Part shown: positions 52,827 to 64,000 of the stretch, in pieces
Layout: every line of letters starts with the position of its first letter
Position numbering within the stretch: the first letter of the stretch is position 1
Assembly: GCA_951406725.2 (NCBI GenBank)
Contig: OX597824.1
Span: 21,576,001 to 21,640,000, forward strand
From: Octopus vulgaris
Lineage: Eukaryota
Direction of reading: 5' to 3'
DNA length: 64,000 nucleotides
The notes under the pieces: generated by a model
Told to the model about the DNA's origin: nothing
Databases searched by the model: none
What the model saw: the letters and a program-made list of their open reading frames with translations, nothing else
Made by a program: the position numbers and the translations under genes

Positions 52827-54495
52827 TTTACGAAAGAACTGCAAAACCATTTTTATAAAAGGTGTCATTTTGACTTTAATTTGAGAACATTTATTCAAAA
52901 TGCCACCAAAGAGTAATTATTGTAAAGTTTTTTTAAAAAAATAATTTCTGTTCTAAAAGAAACTACATCATTTAATTATACAAAGCTATTAAATTCATGG
53001 TTAAATATAAATTTATTTCATGGGTTACCAAAAGCTTTGTCATGTGACTGCAACCTGGTCACTGATGAAAGTTTTCATACATCTTTTTCCTCATCATTTT
53101 AAGGTCCACTTTTCCAAGCTCGCATGGGTCACTTTTCCAGGCTTACCTGTTGAGGCAGATTTTCTATGGCTGGTTGCCCTTCCTGTTGCTAAGCCTCACC
53201 TGTTTTCAGGTAGGGGAATATTTCCCCATTGGCCTGATGTGTTTTCACAAAGGATTGGAAACAAATGACACTGCTTGTATGACAGTGAGGTTCGTTTGAA
53301 ACCATCACATGATGTCAAGATGAGGACACGCACATACACATACACACACATTTTTATATAAAGATGTACAGCTGGCTTCTTTCAGTTTCCATTATCCAAA
53401 TATTCTCACAAAGCTTTGGTTAGCCCAGAGCTATTGTAGAAGACACTTGCCCAAGGTGCCATGCAGCAGAAGTGAACCTGAAACTATGTGGTAGGAAGCA
53501 AACTTCTAACTACACAACCATACTTGCGCCTATTGAAATAAATTTAGATTCAAAGCTGTATGTTATATTAAATAGCTCTTTGATGATGTAGATGCTTCAA
53601 TTTCAACATACAGTCTCAGATCAGGTCAAGTCTCTTGCTAGACAGGTACAGCTCTGAAATTGTTTTTACAGCGATGTAAAAAATATATTTTATTTCCTTC
53701 TTTGGATTTGAATAATCCAATATAAGATGTATTTTATTTCAAACGTTTGAAAATTTAATTTAATTTTATTTCTTTTTCTATTTTGGAAAGATTGTGTCCT
53801 TTCCAAACTTACTCCACGACTAATGGGAACAAATGATTGAAATGAAGAATAGTTATTACTTGACTTAAAAAACTATATGTGTCAAGAAATACTTAAAAAA
53901 TACACAAGAAATACTTTAAAAAATTTAAGCGGCAGATTTACATTGAAAAGAAAAAGAAAAAGAAAAGCTTTCAACTAAGAAGATACGACTAGGATTCTGT
54001 GATACGCAAACATACAAACAACTTTGTATGAGAATATGCATGAGAATATGAGTATCTCTTAAAAACCATATAATTATTATGTTCAATCTATGTTCAACCT
54101 CATTGTTTTAAGGTTGTCTTGTCGCAGTGCAGTATCATATTATATACTAAACCTGCTGTTGCGAGTTATAAGTTGTTCACCTTTTTTATGTATATCCATT
54201 GGAAGACGAAAGCACAATTGTATTCAGTTAATTTTCAGTGAATTCCTTTCTCAAATGCTAATAGATTTATTAAATTGACAAATGAAATGAAAGTGAATGA
54301 ATTATTTATGTAATTAATATAACTTTGTAATCTATAAACTTTATACATGGTTAATTTATGGTTATATTTCTTACATAGACTTACAATTGTTTCTTCTGTT
54401 TGACCAAACAATCATCTTTAACAACTACCTTATTGAAATCTCCATCAGCACACATATTGTTTGTGTTCCTCAATGATAGTTGAAGTCAGGAATAA

Positions 54496-54535
<40 letters not shown>

Positions 54536-54537
<2 letters not shown>

Positions 54538-55036
54538 GAGTGAGAGAGCAGTGCATGCCATCAAAGTGACACTGGGGTAAAATATACGAAGCCCAGTATA
54601 CCCATCATGACTACCCGTCTGATAAGGGTACACCAGGCACATGCATCACAACCATATGTGTGCGACATGGTGATCTCATATCAAGATAAACAGCACATGA
54701 CCTTGCAGGTGGGGCCCAGTTAGAATTTTCTTCTGGTCAGGTAACCCAACTCACTCAAAAGGTCTCTGATTAAGGGTTGTTTAAGGATGTTGAATGAAAC
54801 ACCTATGTTTCCAGAGGTGAATTATTCAAACCCCAAAGAATCCCTCTCAACACATGGCTATGATGCTCCCCCACTACTTCTGCTCATGATCAGAGATGCA
54901 CATATCGTCAGCCACTAAGGGACATGCTCAACGTGTTAAGGTGAAACAACTGACAAGCAAATCTGTGGCATTGAGCAGAATATTTGCTGTAGCCCATCTT
55001 TTATATCAAGTCAAAACAATGTACATGATAACACTT
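54536..55036. mobile_element. ~500-bp unclassified repeat embedded in (ATT)n
   Basis: Sharp compositional boundaries and (ATT)n on both sides; no coding similarity recognised. Confidence 0.5.
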
Positions 55037-55046
55037 ATTATTATTA

Positions 55047-55083
<37 letters not shown>

Positions 55084-56975
55084 CATTATATAAGCCACTT
55101 TTAGGAATATTGTGTTGGAAGATTGGATACGGTTTTGTGTGATCTGATAAATGAGCATGAAAGATGTTAACAAACGAAGTCAGAATATTTTTTCCGTTTA
55201 TTATTATCGTAACATTGCTAATGCTTTCTACTTGTTTTAAATGCCATGAATAAATGGTAGAGTGATTTCTCTCAAGTTTAAACAAAACAAAAACAAAACA
55301 AAACAAAATGACAACAAAAAAACCCCCAAAAACAAAGTATAAAGAATCAGAAAGCTGTTTGTAAGAATGGGCTAAGGCAAAAAAAATTAAAAAAAACTTT
55401 CTTGCCATTTCCACCAACTTTGCCACAGACTGATAGCATTTGTGCCAATGTTTGGAGTATGAGCCTTTAATTTGATTCTTTCTTTTTTTTTTATTTTTAA
55501 ACGAATATTTTGAAGACCTCAGATACTAATTTCTTGTTCTGTGTTCAGTCTGAAAAAAAAACAACAAAAACTTATGTCAACAGCAAAAGACCCAACTTAA
55601 AGGGCAAATGGTAACACATTTAATCATTTTTTTTATTTGTAATTATTTATCTATTTATTCGTTTATTTATTCCATGTCAAGCAATAAGTTTTTTCTCTTT
55701 TCTTTATTTATAAGAAAAAACCTCAAACAAGTTGGCATACCACATTTTTCTAATTTTTCTTTTTTTTTTTGTTGAGATTTACTTCTTTTGAGGAAGTGTT
55801 AGGATGTCGTCCCCCATTAAATAGAATTTATTTATGGGCAGCTGAATAACTTCTATAATTACTTTCACTTTCATTTTCTATTATTTGTTTTCTGTGCCTA
55901 AAGCTAACAATTATATCACATAGTGTCCTTTGTCTACTCATTAAATGTTTTCACCTCAAATTACCGATTCTCTAAAATGCATTTCTTTTAATCAGAAGAT
56001 TGCAAAAGTGAAGCAACAACCTATCAATAAACTGTACATCATTGCAAACATAAATTAGCAATTAGCTCTAAAAAAATTAGACAAACAGTCTATGCATTTT
56101 GTATCTGCGTTGGCTAATTCACTCGTTATGATTACGGCATCCTATGCTTTTGAATGTTTATCTTATCCCATTCAATATTTCTGTGATATCTTTGTTATTT
56201 TCTGTTCTATTAATCCATACATGCTAGAAACTATCTAGGCATTAGTTTATTGCATATACCTGTAATATATATTATATATATATAAATTAACAAAATAAAA
56301 TAAAAATGAATAAACAATTTAAAAAAAATAACAACAACAAATTACTCCAAATTGGTTTATCTTAGATGATGTAGTGAGCTTTCTGGATGCTTCAGTGATG
56401 GTAAATGGAACATAAATATATTAGAAAAATGGAAATTTCATTAAATTCCTGCCCTTCTGTTATGAAATCAAATAAGAAATATATAAATGATGATGGAAAA
56501 ATATAAATTTGAATTTTCCTCCATGATTGGAAAAATATTTGAACAATCTGTTAAGAAATCTGAATATTTAATATTTATTGTCTTTGAATGATTTTTTTTT
56601 TATTTTGTAGAAAATCAAATTAATGATAGTAGTAAATAACTTATATTAATTTCAACTGATCTGATTTGATTTTATTTGCCATTTCATATTTCAGATAAAT
56701 TACCATCAATAAATTCTTTTTTTTATATTTGCGTAAAAATCAATGTAAAGGTGAAATCTTGAACAGCATCGTCTATGTTCTCTCAACAGGGAACTATCTC
56801 ACTTACATTATACTTGCCTTTAGAAAGGCATGAACATCACAACATCCGGTCACCTAATAAATAGAAAAGGTTTTCAAATCAAATTAGGGAATCATTACAA
56901 AAATCCACCAACCAAATATTTCCCAATTAAATTGGTGAAGATCAAGGACAATCAATTATATTACTTTTATTGTTA

Positions 56976-57029
<54 letters not shown>

Positions 57030-58298
57030 GAACAGTGATGGATTGGTAGAATTGTTCCAGCTCTTGGCATTCTGAGTTCCAATCATATCAAGGTGTAGTT
57101 TGCCTTTTATAAAACGAGGTACCAGTTAAGTGGTGGAGTTGATGGTATTGACTAAGCCATTTCCCTTAAAATTTCTGGCCTTGTGCCTGAATTAGAAACC
57201 GTTATTATAATTCTTGTTTCTTCGCTTAAGAGAAATGGTTTAATGTTTTGTTTCTTTTAGTTTTCATATTAAAGAAAAAAATTATAATGAAATAGGATTA
57301 AACCTTTTTTAATCTTGGGCTGGTTGGTAGAATTGATCCATTGCTTGGTTTTTAACATTACTATCTGGCCCTTGAATACCTTTAGTGGAGTCCGCCCACC
57401 TGTCTCAGAGGCCCTGAAAAGAATCATGTGCACTGACCTTCTTCCTTTAACTAAACCCCTTTCTATGAAAACCTCTCATAAAAGACCCTAAAAACAAATT
57501 AAGGACGCTATGTGATATCTTAATCTTTTAGAGACAAACGGATTTGAGCTATTTTCTGCTCAAAATTGTCTCAATGCTATTTATTGCTAGCCTGGCTCTT
57601 TTTCCATTCATTTAAGCACTCATGTATGATAAAATTATACACAAAGTTGGCCACCACCTTTTCACCTTATTTTTATTTTATTTCATTTTATTCACTATAA
57701 ATAAGTAAAACAAATCAAAACAACTATCAATCCAGATGATAAGGCATAATTCTTAAGCTAAAGAAAAAAGGTTCATAAGCAAATATATATATATACATAT
57801 ATATAGAAAGTAAATTGCAATTTGTATTGTGAAAGGGAAAGCTTACCGTGTAAGGCCTTTCACAGTCATTTTATTTATATATATATATATTTTGGCATCA
57901 TTTTCGGTTGTGGGAGGCTGGAAAATGACATCTTGAGAAATAAATCAATTATACCATATTTTGAAAAAAAATTTTAAAGATTTATTATATTCTACACTTC
58001 TCTCATTTTAATTGGCCAAAAAACAAAAAAAAAAAACAAAACAAAACAAAAATACTCCCCTCAAGATAACAACCCTGTTCTTTGTATATATTTCTTTTGA
58101 TTTTTTTAGCCTTCTCATTTATTTTTCCTTTACAAATGTTGTCATAAGTTTGAGATTCATGATTTTTACTTCATTTAGCGTTGACTCTTTTTTTTTTTTT
58201 TCTGATATCCAAGATTAACTGTGTAATTGTTGAAAGGGCTATTGTTGCTGAAGTGTGAGAAATGTACAGAAAAAAAAAATTTCCAAAAACCTGCAATG

Positions 58299-58304
58299 AA
58301 TAAA
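58299..58304 (+). terminator. Candidate polyadenylation signal
   Basis: AATAAA with upstream TGTA motifs and downstream TTGTTTTATT; the UTR-like, repeat-poor sequence ends here. Confidence 0.45.
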
Positions 58305-58865
58305 TGATTCTTTGAATCTGGTCTCAATTGTTTTATTCTAACAAAGTTTAAACTATTTTATATAATTACTTTCAGAATTTCAGAAGTCTTCTGTGGCACC
58401 GTTAAACCATGTGGCCTAGTGGTTCAAGTGTTGTTGTCATGATCATGAGATTGTGGTTTCTATTCCTGGATATTCCAATGTGTTCTTTTGTAAAACAATT
58501 CATTTCACATAGATTCCATCCATTGAGCAGTAAAGGAGAAACCCTATGACAGACAGGTGCCCAGTTCAGAAGGAATATTGTGATTTGGGTCCCTTATACT
58601 CTATGTTTAGCCCCTTGTGGGTAATAAAGAAATAGGTATTTTGTCTGCCCTTACGTTCTGAGTTCAAATTCCGCCGTGGTCGACTTTATAAATTAAGTAC
58701 CAGTTAATGTAGTTGACTTAATCCCTTTGTCTGTCCTTGTTTGTACCCTCTATGTTTAGCCCCTTGTGAGCAATAAAAAAATGAGAAAGCTGCTTCCCAA
58801 ACATATGGTTCCATGTTCAGTCCCACTGTATGGCACCTTGGGCAAGTGTCTTCTACTATAGTCTC

Positions 58866-61632
58866 AGGTTTGACCAAAAGTTTCAAAAAATTTTGACCAA
58901 AAATTTTCATAAAATTTTTGAAAAATATTCTGAAATTTTTCTTTAAAATTTTTGGTCAAAATTTAAAAAAAAATTTGAATATATTTGCTAAAAATTTTTG
59001 GTCAAACCGGTTCAAACCGGTTCATACCGGATCGAACCGGTTAAAACTGGTCAAAATTTTTTGCAAAATATTTTGAAAATTTTGGTCAAAATCTTGGTCA
59101 AACCAGTTTGGTCAAATTTTGGACAAAATTTTGGTCAAACCAGTTCAAACCAGTTTGAACCGGTTTGATCCGGTTTGAACCGGTTTGAACTGGTTTTATC
59201 CGGTTTGAACCGGTTTAAACCGGTTTGAACCGGTTTGAACAGGTTTGAACTGGTTTTATCCGGTTTGGACCGGTTTAAACCAGTGTGAACCGGTTTGAAC
59301 CAGTTTAAACCGGTTTGACCAAAACTTTCAAAAAATTTTGAACAAAATTTTCATAAAATTTTTGAAAAATTTTGTGAAATCTTTCTTTAAAATTTTTTGT
59401 CGAAATTTTTTCAAAAATCTTTTGAAAATGTCTAGTGAAAATTTTCGAAATATTTTTGGGTAAGATTTTCGGTGAAAATGCCAAAATCACAAAGTATGGA
59501 AGGCCAGCAGTGACAAAATCCCAAAGTATGGAAGGCCAGCGGTGCAAAAATCCCAAAGTATGGAAGGCCAGCGGTGCAAAAATCACAAAGTATGGAAGGC
59601 CAGCAGTGACAAAATCCCAAAGTATGGAAGGCCAGCGGTGCAAAAATCACAAAGTATGGAAGGCCAGCAGTGACAAAATCCCAAAGTATGGAAGGCCAGC
59701 GGTGCAAAAATCACAAAGTATGGAAGGCCAGCAGTGACAACAATCCCAAAGTATGGAAGGCCAGCGGTGACAAAAATCCCAAAGTATGGAAGGCCAGCGG
59801 TGCAAAAATCCCAAAGTATGGAAGGCCAGTGGTGCAAAAATCACAAATTATGGAAGGCTAGCGGTGCCAAAATCACAAAGTATGGAAGGCCAGCTGTGCC
59901 AAAATCACAAAGAATGGAAAGCCATTTTTGGGTAAAATTTCCAGTGAAAACCGGTTTGACCAAAAGTTTAAAAAAATTTTGACCAAAAATTTTCATAAAG
60001 TTTTTGAAAAATATTCTGAAATTTTTCTTTAAAATTTTTAGTCAAAATTTTTTGTAAAATATTTTGAAAATTTTCGTCAAAATTTTGGTCAAACCGGTTT
60101 GGTTGAATTTTGGTCAAACAAGGTCAAACCGGTTTGAACTGGTTTGATCCGGTTTAAACCGGTTAGAACTGGTTAGATCCGGTTTGAACCAGTTTAAACC
60201 GGTTTGACCAAAACTTTCAAAAAATTGATGAAAATTTTCATGAAATTTTTGAAAAATATTGTGAAATTTTTCTTTAAAATTTTTGGTCCAAATTTTTCCA
60301 AAAATTTTTTGAAAATGTCTGTTAAAAATTTAGGTCAAACCAGTTCAAACCGGTTTGAACCAGTTTAAACCGCTTTGAACAAGTTTGAACCGGTTTGAAC
60401 CGGTTTAAACCGGTTTGATTCGGTTTGATCTGGACTGAACAAGACCGATCAAAATCTGACCAAACCGGACCGAGCCAGACAGGGCCAAACCAGTTGGGTC
60501 TGGTTTGAACCAGTTTGAGTTTAAACCGGTTTGACCAAAAGTTTCAAAAACTTTTGACCAAAAATTTTCATAAAAAAAAATTTGAATTTTCTTTAAAATT
60601 TTTGGTCAAAATTTAAAAAAATTTGAATATATTTGCTAAAAATTTTTTGAAAATGTCTGGTAAAAATTTTCGAAAAATTTATGGGTTAAATTTTCGAAAT
60701 ATTTTTGGGTAAGATTTTCGGTGAAAATGCCAAAATCACAAAGTATGGAAGGCCAGCAGTGACAAAATCCCAAAGTATGGAAGGCCAGCGGTGCAAAAAT
60801 CCCAAAGTATGGAAGGCCAGCGGTGCAAAAATCACACTGTATGGAAGGCTAGCGGTGCCAAAATCACAAAGAATGGAAAGCCATTTTTGGGTAAAATTTC
60901 CAGTGAAAACCGGTTTGACCAAAAGATTAAAAAATTTTTGAAAAATATTCTGAAATTTTTCTTTAAAACTTTTAGTCAAAATTTTTTGTAAAATATTTTG
61001 AAAATTTTGGTCAAAATTTTGGTCAAACCGGTTTGGTTGAATTTTGGTCAAACAAGGTAAAACTGGTTTGAACCGGTTTGGAGAGAGAGAGAGAGAGAGC
61101 AGTAAGTAACATAATTTCAATGAGGCTATATTGGCTCACGAGTTTAGAAATTATCCTGTTGAAAAAACAATGTGTATGATCAAATGTAGCAATGATTTTG
61201 AAAATAGTGCTGGTATAAAGTTAACGTTCAGTTTCATGTTTTCGAAAAATTTATGGGTTAAATTTTCGAAATATTTTTGGGTAAAATTTTCGGTGAAAAT
61301 GCCAAAATCACAAAGTATGGAAGGCCAGCAGTGACAAAATCCCAAAGTATGGAAGGCCAGCGGTGCAAAAATCCCAAAGTATGGAAGGCCAGCGGTGCAA
61401 AAATCACAAAGTATGGAAGGCTAGCGGTGCCAAAATCACAAAGTATGGAAGGCCAGCTGTGCCACAATCACAAAGAATTTAAAGCCATTTTTGGGTAAAA
61501 TTTCCAGTGAAAACCGGTTTGACCAAAAGTTTTTAAAAATTTTGACCAAAAATTTTCATAAAATTTTTGAAAAATATTCTGAAATTTTTCTTTAAAATTT
61601 TTAGTCAAAATTTTTTGTAAAATATTTTGAAA
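58866..61632. repeat. Complex satellite: 10-bp CCGGTTTGAA arrays, AAAATTTT tracts and 32-bp minisatellite blocks
   Basis: 32-bp unit AAAGTATGGAAGGCCAGC(G/A)GTG..AAAATC.C in blocks of about 14, 5 and 6 copies at 59491, 60740 and 61312, each within a repeated higher-order unit. Confidence 0.9.
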
Positions 61633-61633
61633 T

Positions 61634-61993
61634 GGCGAGCAAATCGTAGTTATACACGTTGTAGGCCTACATATACACACGAAGGATCAGGGTCATCTAC
61701 GCTGGCGAGTAACTCGTAGTTGTACACGTCGTCGGCCTACATATACACATCAAGGATCAGGGTCATCTACGCTAGCGAGTAACTCGTAGTTGTACACGTC
61801 GTAGGCCTACATATATACACCAAGGATCAGGGTCATCTACGCTGGCGAGTAACCCGTAGTTGTACACGTCGTAGGCCTACATATACACACCAAGGATCAG
61901 GGTCATCTACGCTGGCGAGTAACCCGTAGTTGTACACGTCGTAGGCCTACATATACACACCAAGCATCAGAGTCATCTATGCTGGCAAGTAAC
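61634..61993. repeat. 70-bp tandem repeat, about 5 copies
   Basis: Unit GGCGAGTAACCCGTAGTTGTACACGTCGTAGGCCTACATATACACACCAAGGATCAGGGTCATCTACGCT. Confidence 0.95.
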
Positions 61994-62020
61994 GCTGCCA
62001 AAAAATAGCAAAAAACTTTC

Positions 62021-62472
62021 CTTGAAAATCTTCAGGCTCTGGTGCTGTCAATGGTCTTGGTTGCAGTACTTCATTGCCTTCTGCTCCGTCTACTCTGTCG
62101 AGCTGCTGGTATAATTTCAGTGCTTTCTCATGAATGCTGTTGCTGCTCAAGGGGATGTTTTTATTTTTGCAGTCATTGATCCACAATGCCAAGGCAGATC
62201 CATCCTGACGAAGTGCTTATTTCTCACTATCCTTATCTTTTTGGCACTTTCATAGAAACATACTGCTGCAGTAATCCTGATCACCACCTCCTTCTTCTTT
62301 ATATAGCATATGGTGCTTTCTTTGACAACATAATAGCGATCTAATACAGCATAACTTTACCTTCCTGGAACATATCCGACAGTTGTACCTTCTCATGGAG
62401 CGTCATAACCATTTTCTTGTGCTTAGGTTCACTGCCAGAAGCCTTAGAAGGTGTAGGGCATTTGGGCGGCAT
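62021..62472 (-). pseudogene. Tigger/pogo transposase N-terminal remnant (CENP-B-type HTH domains)
   Basis: MPPKCPTPSKASGSEPKHKKMVMTLHEKVQL..KESTICYIKK..VRM(frameshift)ALALWINDCKNKNIPLSSNSIHEKALKLY..FQ; truncated before the DDE domain. Confidence 0.85.
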
Positions 62473-62675
62473 CTTAGGGCTTTAATAACATGCTGCGAAA
62501 AACACAGCACTCAACAAAATACTGGAGATAGTTATTGGACATAGCTTTTCCCTAAAAAACCTACAAAATCTTCATTGTGTCTAATATGTGCATACCACCA
62601 ATGGGAGATAGAGCAGAGGTTAAAAATAATCATAGTTTTGGAAAATTTAGTTTGTATTACTACTAGATACAGTAA

Positions 62676-62694
62676 TCTATACTATAATAATAAA

Positions 62695-62745
<51 letters not shown>

Positions 62746-62935
62746 AGTAAGTAACATAATTTCAATGAGGCTATATTGGCTCACGACCTTAGAAATTATC
62801 CTGTTGAAAAAACAATGTGTATGATCAAATGTAGCAATGATTTTGAAAATAGTGCTGGTATAAAGTTAACGTTCAGTTTCATGTTGTATATAACTTTGAT
62901 CTGTTATCACTAGCCCAAGTAATACTGGTACTATA

Positions 62936-62941
<6 letters not shown>
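62676..62941 (+). mobile_element. Non-autonomous Helitron-like element with (GA)n
   Basis: A|TCTATACTATAATAATAAAAG start, decayed 3' hairpin and CTA end; an internal piece is also present at 61081-61238. Confidence 0.6.
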
Positions 62942-63007
<66 letters not shown>

Positions 63008-63023
63008 ATATAAATATATATAT

Positions 63024-64000
63024 GATGACCGTCCACTCGTGACCGAGGAAGACCATTGCCGACCTTCAGGAACATTGTGCGCTCTAGGACTAACTTATAT
63101 TTTGCATTTGCGGCTCCGTTGGTGGCTAATGAGCCCAGCTCTTGACAAGCATACACGACTGAAAACATTGCAGACCAAGCTTTCCCCAGTCACTATACGA
63201 GCCATGCGCTTTCGCGCAGCTTGCTTAAGTTCTTCATGCTGGATACGTGCTCTCTCAAAAGTGTCGATCCCCTCCTTAACCTGCTTCCTCCATCTGTGGC
63301 GATGACAGGCATTGTTCTCCCAGTTAGTGTCCTGCATACCACAGGCTTTTAATGAAGACTTGACACAGTCCTTAAATCACAGCCTTGGTTTCTGCCGGAG
63401 TCTCCTTCCATTCACAAGTTCTCCATAGAGCATCTGCCTAGGAATCCTTCTATCCTCCATTCTAATAAGGTGTGTACCATCGCCTCAATACTCAAGATAT
63501 CAGCTGTCCTCAGGATCTGTGTGTCTGGAATTTTTGAGGTCCAGCCAACATTGAGAATGTGTCTGAGACATCTCTGATGAAAACGTTCAAGGACCCTTAC
63601 CTGATGTTTGTACAGAGTCCATGTCTCACATGAGTAGAGAAGCGATGTCAGTACACAAGCACGGTACACAGCAACTTTTGTTCTCCTTGCGATGCCATGT
63701 TGGGACCAGATACGAGACTGAAGAGACCGGAAGGAATTAGTTGCTCTCTGCAACCTGAAAGATATTTCCTCATCCAGGGAGCAAGAACGGCTGAGTGTGC
63801 TGCCCAGGTAGACAAACTTGTCTACTACCTTCAGAATTGTTCCTTCAACCAAGATAGCTGGTTCTATATATGGATTTCCTGGTGCAGGCTGGAACATTAC
63901 AACAGTCTTGTCCAGACTAATGCTGAGTCCAAATGCCCTGCAAGAAGCAGAAATGCAATTCATGAGTATTTGCATGTCATCCACTGTATGAGTGACTAAG
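63024..64000 (-). mobile_element. RTE-clade LINE, degenerate 3' part (RT C-terminus)
   Basis: FVYLGSTLS, LLYSCETWTLY, LERFHQRCLRHIL and RIPRQMLYGEL motifs plus a C-terminal Cys/His motif. Frameshifting deletion near 63470 and an in-frame stop near 63377; runs off the window end. Confidence 0.92.

Noticed and set aside
59491-59920. CRISPR-like array (constant 18-mer with variable linkers)
   Set aside because: The linkers are near-identical 14-16-nt variants rather than unique spacers; the context is eukaryotic and there are no cas genes.
59305-61680. Repetitive ORFs (ITKYGRPAV.., HRWPSILWDF..)
   Set aside because: The 32-bp period is not a multiple of 3, and ORFs appear in all frames on both strands.

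Overview
Strongly AT-rich animal genomic DNA. Its SINE families, (TA)n/(ATT)n microsatellite load and LINE content look like a coleoid cephalopod (Octopus-like); this is inferred from repeat resemblance, not from a database search. There is no long intact CDS, and almost every ORF in the supplied track is a microsatellite or SINE artefact. The window appears to hold the 3' end of one unidentified + strand gene. A 60-nt exon at 5143-5202 is followed by candidate alternative exons and microexons (8398-8399, 8630/8711-8757, 17731-17737, 22801-22958) and two candidate terminal exons (20984 and 52810), which together would give several different short C-termini. The rest is repeats: at least four SINE families, non-autonomous Helitrons, TTAA (piggyBac-type) and hAT-type MITEs, and 3' fragments of CR1, R4/Dong and RTE LINEs. 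There is also a Tigger/pogo transposase remnant and a complex satellite block at 58.9-62 kb. At least eight fold-back (inverted-repeat) inserts have Penelope-like architecture; some carry hammerhead-ribozyme cores, and one also has a tRNA-like head and a 12-bp TSD. Coordinates were counted by hand and repeat edges are approximate.
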